A stretch of DNA of 64,000 bases from Anaerolineae bacterium (GTDB taxonomy: Bacteria > Chloroflexota > Anaerolineae > B4-G1 > SLSP01): assembly GCA_049975385.1 (NCBI GenBank), contig JBNGDO010000003.1, forward strand, positions 5,460-69,459, read 5' to 3'. The position numbers and the translations under genes were made by a program. The notes beneath the pieces were generated by a model that was not told where the DNA came from, did not search any database, and worked only from the letters and a program-made list of their open reading frames with translations. This document shows positions 58,099 to 64,000 of this stretch, in pieces. The stretch's first letter is position 1. Every line of letters begins with the position of its first letter.

Positions 58099-58743
58099 AT
58101 GAATGAGCAAACCCAACCATTGTTGGTCATCTATAAAGGGGCACTGGCAGGTATGCGATGGCCGCTGAGTCGTGAACCCATTACGCTTGGGCGTGCCGCG
58201 GATTGTGATATCGTTTTGCCAGAACGCCAGATTTCCCGCTATCACGTGCGCATCGAGTGGAATGCAGATGGTTATGTGCTGCGTGATTTGGGCAGCAAGA
58301 ATGGCACTTTTGTCAATGGGGAGCGCGTGCGTGGGCAGCTTTACCGCCTGCGCGATGGTGATGAAATTTCCTTAGCGGCGACGCTGCAAATCGGTTTTGT
58401 GGCCGGCGAAGCCACACTACCACTGGATGAGGTTTTTCTGCCCGGGCGGTTAGTCGTTGATGAAGAAGCCCGGCGCGTTCGTTTGGGACGTGAGGAGTTA
58501 AACCCACCGCTTTCGCCGGCCCAATTTACGCTTTTGGCGATGTTAGTGAAATCGAAGGGGGCGGTTGTTACACGGGAGGACGTGATTCGTGCGGTCTGGC
58601 CAGATGCTGTAGGGGGTGTTACCGATCAAGCCGTTGATGCGTTGGTCTATCGCTTACGAGAGCGGTTAGCTGAATTGGATCCGGATCGAAATTACCTCAC
58701 CACTGTACGAGGGCACGGGTTTCGGTTTGACGCAGAGGGATAA
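58099..58743 (+). CDS. FHA-domain protein fused to an OmpR/PhoB-type winged-helix DNA-binding domain.
   Basis: FHA: ITLGRAADCDIVLPERQISRYHVRIE...GSKNGTFVNGERV. C-terminal trans_reg_C: LSPAQFTLLAMLVKSKGAVVTREDVIRAVWP...YRLRERL...VRGHGFRF. Confidence 0.8.
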   Translation: MNEQTQPLLVIYKGALAGMRWPLSREPITLGRAADCDIVLPERQISRYHVRIEWNADGYVLRDLGSKNGTFVNGERVRGQLYRLRDGDEISLAATLQIGFVAGEATLPLDEVFLPGRLVVDEEARRVRLGREELNPPLSPAQFTLLAMLVKSKGAVVTREDVIRAVWPDAVGGVTDQAVDALVYRLRERLAELDPDRNYLTTVRGHGFRFDAEG

Positions 58744-58896
58744 TTTTCGCGTAGTCATAAAAGAGCATAGAAAATTACGTTTTGGTGTTTTCTGTGAAAA
58801 TAAAAATGGCTATGCGAAATCGCGTACCTTGCTGCTGTGCCAGACTTAATTCAGCGTGCTATTTTATAGCTTGTAGAGAACTGAATTATTGTTACA

Positions 58897-61188
58897 ATGC
58901 GTACTGTGACAACGCGACTGGGGCTTTGGCAACATTGGGATAGGGGACTGTTGCTTGCACTGCTTATTGGCGCCATATCAGCGTGGCCGTTTTGGGTTAA
59001 CCCGAGTTTACCTACTGCTACCGATGCTGAATTACACATCTTTCGTATCGCCGAAATGGGCTATAGTTTGCAGGCGGGCAATCTTTACCCTCGTTGGGCC
59101 GCCAATTTCTACTACGGTTACGGTTACCCAATCTTCAATTACTACGCGCCGCTGACGTATCACCTGGGCGCTTGGGTGACATTGTTTCAGCCAGAGCAGG
59201 CCATTGCCGGGGCAAAGACGCTATTTGTCGTTGCAGCGTTAGTCGGCGCACTGGGCGCCTATTTTCTGGGACGTGAATTTGGCGGACGGGGCGGGGGAGT
59301 CCTGGGGGCAGCAGCTTTTGCATTTGCCCCCTACATTGTGCTCATCAACCCCCACACGCGCGGCGACTTGCCAGAGGTCTTCGCCCTCGCTATCGTGCCC
59401 TGGACATTGTGGAGTTGGGAATGCCTTTGGGGTAGCGGTGGCAAAGGGATATTTATTGCCGCTATCTTGTGGCCGGCGATTACATTACTGAGCCATAATC
59501 TTACTGGCCTTACGACGATGCTAGTATTGATGGCCCTGTCGGTATGGCATTGGCTGGTCGGCAAAAAACGCGAGCGCGTTGGCTGGGCGTTTCTGGCCGG
59601 CAGCTTAACGGTGGCATTGACGGCCTTCTTTTGGTTACCATTTCTCCTTGAGCGACGCTTTATCCACCTCGACGTCGCCGGCGAGGGACATTACGATTTC
59701 CGCAATCACTTTGTCCTGCTGCGTGATCTGCTTGCTTTTCTGCGTCCAATTGACTGGCGTGCGGCGACAAACAATCCTCCTATGAGCGTTGGGCCACTGC
59801 TAGTGTTCCTTGCTGTTGCCGGTTTTGTTATAGCGCTGGTATGGCAAAAGGAAAACCGTTGCCGTGTTTGCTTTTATATGCTGAGCGCCCTTTTGTTTTT
59901 TTGGTTGATCACGCCCGGCAGCCGTTTTGTCTGGGAAGCTGTCCCCGGAATGGCATACTACCAGTTCCCCTGGCGTTTTCTTGGTCCCCTGGCGGCATTG
60001 TTCGTTCCTCTGGTGGCCTCACTTGGAAATATCGCGTTGTCAAAAAAATGCCGCGCAGTGGTATTGACCATTGTATGCGGGGCAATCGTCATCACGGCAA
60101 TGCCTGGTCTATACCCAATTCCTTGGGTGTCCGATTTCGGTCCGACTGACCCGCTAGCTTTGCTGGATTTCGAGCTGCAAGGACGCTGGCGCGGGACGAC
60201 ATCGACGGACGATTTTATTCCTACAACGGTAGAGGTAATCCCAGGGCCAGCACAATCGCTGTTGGATTCATACCACTCTCCGCCCATTGACCGCGTCAAC
60301 CGGTATACGGTTCCCGAAGGAGCTACCGTTACCGTGCTGGATGACGCCCCCTGGCGCAACCGGTTTTCAGTCCAGGCGCCCCATAAGATGCTCTTGCGAT
60401 TGTATCTGTTCTATTTTCCCGGCTGGAAAGCTTACGTAGATGGACAGGAAACGCCCATTGAAATCGCCACACCAGAAGGCTTCATCACATTGTGGGTCCC
60501 AGCAGGTCACCACGAAGTGCTGTTGAGCTTTGAGGACACGCCGCCGCGCGCTGCCGGTTGGATCGTCGCTGGAGCAAGCCTCGTGGTCTTGTCGATCGCT
60601 GTATGGCGTTTTCCAAAAACCACGGTTGAATCTGGTAAGAGTGTGGGGGATACTACAGCGCTCACATGGTTGGCGGCTTGCCTGGTATGCATACTGTTGC
60701 TGAAAGTGCTGATCTTCGATCATATGGGATGGTTTCATTACACGTCGCCACCGGGAGAGGCACGCGCAGCAAGCTACCGGCAACAAGCTGATTTTGCCGG
60801 TGAGATTGCACTCCTGGGATTCGATCTCTCAGGTGAAAGCCTCAAACCAGGTAGCGTACTGGATGTCACCGTTTACTGGAAGGCACAGCAGATGCTGACC
60901 AATACATACCAATCCTTCGTTCATGTAGTTTATCCTGAAGGTCATATCTGGACACAATCGGATCACCTGAATCCAGCAGGTTTTCCGACGAATCTTTGGC
61001 CGACCGATCGCTATATCCGTGATCGGCATCGGCTGATATTGCCGCCAGATATGCCAGAGGGGGAGTATAGCATTTCTGTAGGAATCTATTTGCTGAGCAA
61101 TAATACACGTTTGCCTGTGCTGTGGGCTGAGTCTGGCGCACGAACAGACAATGTTATCTTGAGCGAAACAATCAGCGTAGGGAGATAG
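58897..61188 (+). CDS. Polytopic membrane protein (763 aa), GT-C-like (YfhO/PMT/ArnT-like) glycosyltransferase candidate.
   Basis: At least 10 predicted TM helices. The first-loop block is HIFRIAEMGYSLQAGNLYPRWAANFYYGYGYPIFNYYAPL. There is a large C-terminal extracytoplasmic domain. Family assignment is uncertain. Confidence 0.4.
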   Translation: MRTVTTRLGLWQHWDRGLLLALLIGAISAWPFWVNPSLPTATDAELHIFRIAEMGYSLQAGNLYPRWAANFYYGYGYPIFNYYAPLTYHLGAWVTLFQPEQAIAGAKTLFVVAALVGALGAYFLGREFGGRGGGVLGAAAFAFAPYIVLINPHTRGDLPEVFALAIVPWTLWSWECLWGSGGKGIFIAAILWPAITLLSHNLTGLTTMLVLMALSVWHWLVGKKRERVGWAFLAGSLTVALTAFFWLPFLLERRFIHLDVAGEGHYDFRNHFVLLRDLLAFLRPIDWRAATNNPPMSVGPLLVFLAVAGFVIALVWQKENRCRVCFYMLSALLFFWLITPGSRFVWEAVPGMAYYQFPWRFLGPLAALFVPLVASLGNIALSKKCRAVVLTIVCGAIVITAMPGLYPIPWVSDFGPTDPLALLDFELQGRWRGTTSTDDFIPTTVEVIPGPAQSLLDSYHSPPIDRVNRYTVPEGATVTVLDDAPWRNRFSVQAPHKMLLRLYLFYFPGWKAYVDGQETPIEIATPEGFITLWVPAGHHEVLLSFEDTPPRAAGWIVAGASLVVLSIAVWRFPKTTVESGKSVGDTTALTWLAACLVCILLLKVLIFDHMGWFHYTSPPGEARAASYRQQADFAGEIALLGFDLSGESLKPGSVLDVTVYWKAQQMLTNTYQSFVHVVYPEGHIWTQSDHLNPAGFPTNLWPTDRYIRDRHRLILPPDMPEGEYSISVGIYLLSNNTRLPVLWAESGARTDNVILSETISVGR

Positions 61189-61193
61189 AACCT

Positions 61194-61466
61194 ATGGCGA
61201 AACTACGAAGGAGAAAAAAGCAGACACGTAAGCCAGCACATAGAAAGCGTAAGTCGCAGGATCAATGGCTGCGCTGGGGGATCGGTGCTGCGGTAATCTT
61301 CGTTGTGGGCGCGATGATCTGGACTGCAGTGGCGCGCGGAAGCGGACCACCGGCCTCTGCAGTGCGCAGTTACGAAGAATTCATTGGCGTCACCGGAACA
61401 TCCTTCGCTGCCGGAATGACTGTACTGCGTTATCCCAATCCTGGAAAGAAGGGTGGGGGAGTATAG
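61194..61466 (+). CDS. Small basic membrane protein (90 aa), hypothetical.
   Basis: Starts 6 nt after the upstream gene. Lys/Arg-rich N-terminus followed by one TM (WLRWGIGAAVIFVVGAMIWTAVA). Confidence 0.4.
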   Translation: MAKLRRRKKQTRKPAHRKRKSQDQWLRWGIGAAVIFVVGAMIWTAVARGSGPPASAVRSYEEFIGVTGTSFAAGMTVLRYPNPGKKGGGV

Positions 61467-61510
61467 TGGCTACCCGCGCTGGGCAATAAGTATTATGCTA
61501 TGCCTTGAAA

Positions 61511-61554
61511 CGACAACCCAAGCGGGAAGGAGCTCCTTCCCGCTTGGGTTGTCG
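61511..61554. terminator. Bidirectional terminator hairpin with a perfect 20-bp stem.
   Basis: cgacaacccaagcgggaagg agct ccttcccgcttgggttgtcg, lying between convergent genes. Confidence 0.75.
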
Positions 61555-61576
61555 TTGGGATCAGTCTAGTGCTGCC

Positions 61577-62278
61577 TTACTCTCGCTGCTCGAGGGTGCG
61601 TCGATAGATATCTTCCATGTTGTCACGGTCGTCACGCCGTGTATCGCGTTGCCTATTCTTGCGATTGCGTGATTTGCGCTCATTTGACATAGCCTGCGCT
61701 TGCTGGAAAGCAATCTCCATCGGCGAAAGAACAGGTTCTTCGTCGCTGTTTTCCTCACCTAAATCTTCGAGATCGAGCCGCATTGTCAGGTCGATTTGTC
61801 GCTTGCGCCGGTCGACCTTCAGGATTTTAACTTCGACCGTCTCACCTATCCTGATTACATCCGCAGGATTGCGGACGAATTGGCCCATCTCGCGAACGTG
61901 CAATAGGCCTGGCCGTTCAGCGCCAAGATCGACAAAAACGCCATAGCGTTCCATCCGCACGACCTTGCCTGTGCGGATCTGCCCCTCGGCTAACTCGTCC
62001 CAATCCACCTCTGCTGGTTCGACCATCGTCAGTGCGATGCGTCCCTTTTCAGGATCGACACTTTGTACCCACACTTTGACTTTGTCGCCGACTTTGACCT
62101 GGTCGCTAACTTTCTTAACCCGCTGATCTGACAGGCGGGAGATGTGAATCAACCCTTCTCGTTCGAGGCCCAGGTCAACGAAAGCCCCGTAGAGTTCTGT
62201 GCGTGTGATTGCACCTTGCAAACACATCTTAGGTTGTAGATCACTAATTGAGGTTGGTTGTGCCATTTCTTCCGACAT
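61577..62278 (-). CDS. S1 RNA-binding domain protein (two S1 domains, basic and acidic C-terminal tail).
   Basis: Two S1-like OB folds: GAITRTELYGAFVDLGLEREGLIHIS and GKVVRMERYGVFVDLGAERPGLLHV. Confidence 0.7.
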   Translation of the reverse strand: MSEEMAQPTSISDLQPKMCLQGAITRTELYGAFVDLGLEREGLIHISRLSDQRVKKVSDQVKVGDKVKVWVQSVDPEKGRIALTMVEPAEVDWDELAEGQIRTGKVVRMERYGVFVDLGAERPGLLHVREMGQFVRNPADVIRIGETVEVKILKVDRRKRQIDLTMRLDLEDLGEENSDEEPVLSPMEIAFQQAQAMSNERKSRNRKNRQRDTRRDDRDNMEDIYRRTLEQRE

Positions 62279-62348
62279 CCGCTCACTTGCTCCTTGTATT
62301 TAAATAACGATATGCATTATAACGCAGGTGTTTCTGCTGTCAAATCCG

Positions 62349-62813
62349 TCAGTCGTGCCCGAACTCTTTCCACTCGCGCCGGATACGGCGATCGGCGTCA
62401 CGTTTGGCGATGACTGCACGTTTATCATACTGACGTTTGCCGCGTACCACGCCGATCTCCACTTTCGCCAATTTCCCATTTTTGATGTACATCCGCAGCG
62501 GGATAATTGTATAACCACGTTCCTGTGTGTTGCTTTGTAGCCGTGCTATCTCCTTGCGGTGCATCAAGAGCTTGCGCGGACGCTTGGGGTCGTGAGATGA
62601 CCGCCCCGCGTGTTCATACTGCGCGATGTGAACCTCGTACAGCCACAGTTCGCCGTTACGCACCTGCACATATCCTTCGCCCAGGCTGACTGCTCCCGCG
62701 CGTACCGATTTGATCTCTGTACCGGTCAACACGATACCAGCTTCATATTGATCTTCGATGAAATACTCGTATCGTGCCTTACGATTGGTCGCCACAACCT
62801 TCACGTCATCCAC
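62349..62813 (-). CDS. smpB: SsrA-binding protein
   Basis: VATNRKARYEYFIEDQYEAGIVLTGTEIKS ... GKRQYDKR matches the SmpB pattern. GTG at 62813 (AAGGA RBS) lies directly after the upstream stop. Confidence 0.85.
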   Translation of the reverse strand: MDDVKVVATNRKARYEYFIEDQYEAGIVLTGTEIKSVRAGAVSLGEGYVQVRNGELWLYEVHIAQYEHAGRSSHDPKRPRKLLMHRKEIARLQSNTQERGYTIIPLRMYIKNGKLAKVEIGVVRGKRQYDKRAVIAKRDADRRIRREWKEFGHD

Positions 62814-62814
62814 G

Positions 62815-64000
62815 TTATTGTCCTTGCAGGAGGTACTCGATAGCGCGTTCCAACTGTGGGTCTTCGTCCGCTGGTGTGTCTTCAGAGATTTCGACGAGGA
62901 CATCTGGTTCTAATCCGTCACCATGGATGCTGTTATCGTCTGGTGTGAACCATCGCGCGATAGTCACGCGCAGTTGCGAGCCGTCACTGATCGCGTTGGG
63001 ACGCTGTACTGAGCCTTTGCCGAGGGTCTTTGTGCCGATCAACACTGCGCGGTCACGGTCCTGTAGCGCGCCAGCTACAATCTCAGAAGCGCTGGCGCTA
63101 CCCCGGTTGACCAAAACGACCATCGGAATATCCTCGCCGATGTCACCGTTGTAGGAGTAGAAGCGTTGTTCCCCACCTGCACTGTCGCGTTCGATTGCCA
63201 CTAAGCCCTTGCTTAAGAACAAATCCGATACTTTGATGGATTGATCCAGCCAACCGCCGGGGTTAGAGCGCAGATCAAAGATGAGGCCCTTAGGATTCTG
63301 CTTCAACAATTCTTCAAGTGCCTCCTGGACCCTATCAGTCGCGTTCGCATCAAATTCGGTTAGCAGTATGTAGCCAATTCCGTCGTCCAGCATGCGGTAT
63401 TCAACAACTGGAACTTCGATACGAGCACGTGTCACGGTAATCGTTATCTCATCTTCTTCATCAGCGCGGAGAATCGTTAACACAGCGTCTGTCCCCGCTG
63501 GACCGCGGATGTAGCTGATTGCCTCGTAGAGACCCAACCCCACGATGGATTGATCACCCACGGCCAGGATTATATCGCCCGGAAGCACGCCTGCCGCCTC
63601 TGCCGGTTGTCCGGGAATCAGGCTGGCGATTTCGAGATACCCGTCTTCGCGCATCGTCACCATAGCCCCAATGCCTTCGAAAGTTCCACTGGCGTCTTCA
63701 TTTAGGATTGCCGTAATCTGCGGATCGATAAACGAGGTGTAGGGATCATCCAATGCCAGCAACATCCCGCGGATTGCGCCGTAGGTCAATGCCTGCCGGT
63801 CAGGTAACTCGCCGTAGAATTGCTCTTCTAGAAGCCCTAGAACTTCCTGGACGAGCTCATAATCAAAATCTGTTGAGACAACAGGAGGCGTGTCGCCAAC
63901 TGATGGGCTTTGTGGCGTGATCGTTTCCTCAACAAGAGAGGGGGGATCCTCGGTTTCTTCGAGGGCTTCGACCGCAGTGACTTCCGGGGTTACAATTATT
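62815..64000 (-). CDS. S41 family C-terminal processing peptidase (PDZ plus S41 domain). The N-terminus lies outside the window.
   Basis: PDZ: IPGQPAEAAGVLPGDIILAVGDQ. S41: GLIFDLRSNPGG ... VLVNRGSASASEIVAGALQD ... TKTLGKGSVQ. Minus-strand coding continues to 64000. Confidence 0.85.
   Translation of the reverse strand, partial: IIVTPEVTAVEALEETEDPPSLVEETITPQSPSVGDTPPVVSTDFDYELVQEVLGLLEEQFYGELPDRQALTYGAIRGMLLALDDPYTSFIDPQITAILNEDASGTFEGIGAMVTMREDGYLEIASLIPGQPAEAAGVLPGDIILAVGDQSIVGLGLYEAISYIRGPAGTDAVLTILRADEEDEITITVTRARIEVPVVEYRMLDDGIGYILLTEFDANATDRVQEALEELLKQNPKGLIFDLRSNPGGWLDQSIKVSDLFLSKGLVAIERDSAGGEQRFYSYNGDIGEDIPMVVLVNRGSASASEIVAGALQDRDRAVLIGTKTLGKGSVQRPNAISDGSQLRVTIARWFTPDDNSIHGDGLEPDVLVEISEDTPADEDPQLERAIEYLLQGQ

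Overview
High-GC (~60%) bacterial chromosomal window, most likely Chloroflexota-like. This guess rests on an F420 gene set, a UPF0182 protein, Ser/Thr kinase plus FHA signalling, and Pro/Thr linkers followed by C-terminal membrane anchors on secreted enzymes. It is densely coding, mostly on the minus strand, and I found no transposase, integrase or CRISPR array. Main blocks are listed below.

- 1..2017: partial M16 peptidase and UDP-glucose 6-dehydrogenase.
- 2159..6106: M20 amidohydrolase and an F420 operon (LLM oxidoreductase, CofE, Fno).
- 6203..14697: a 1423-aa secreted multidomain protein with a perfect 8x GGWASI repeat, then a 1366-aa protein with two adenylate/guanylate cyclase domains, a STAND ATPase and TPRs.
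- 14879..18951: a glycosylation operon (GT4, GtrA, GT39) interrupted by an AT-rich frameshifted gene relic.
- 19176..19262: a stand-alone tRNA-Ser(CGA) with a consensus promoter and terminator.
- 19339..29757: two GAF/PAS sensor histidine kinases, an amidohydrolase carrying an odd in-frame insertion, and a secreted amidase-like giant. One kinase is translationally coupled (TAATG) to an AlkA-like, apparently catalytically degenerate DNA-glycosylase homolog.
- 29992..33869: GDP-sugar genes (phosphomannomutase, Gmd, Rmd-like).
- 33956..39288: a hexuronate module (SDR, UxaC, UxaE, GH5).
- 39395..48090: UPF0182, then a heterodimeric ABC exporter pair preceded by a roughly 400-nt leader that contains a 31-codon ORF ending PEPPG-stop and alternative hairpins. 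I read this as candidate ribosome-mediated attenuation, as for BmrCD. An orphan lower-GC Phd/YefM antitoxin and an M29 aminopeptidase follow.
- 48160..57065: a cell-envelope and polysaccharide block (TPR protein, membrane-anchored glycosidases, two GT2, a FlgD-Ig lipoprotein, GH3).
- 57062..64000: a divergent Ser/Thr kinase and FHA-OmpR regulator pair, a GT-C-like membrane protein, S1 protein, SmpB and a partial S41 protease.

Many intergenic regions carry short 6-12 nt tandem oligomer repeats. A dispersed GTAGAC(G/A)GTAGAC family forms a long inverted repeat at 34886..34958.
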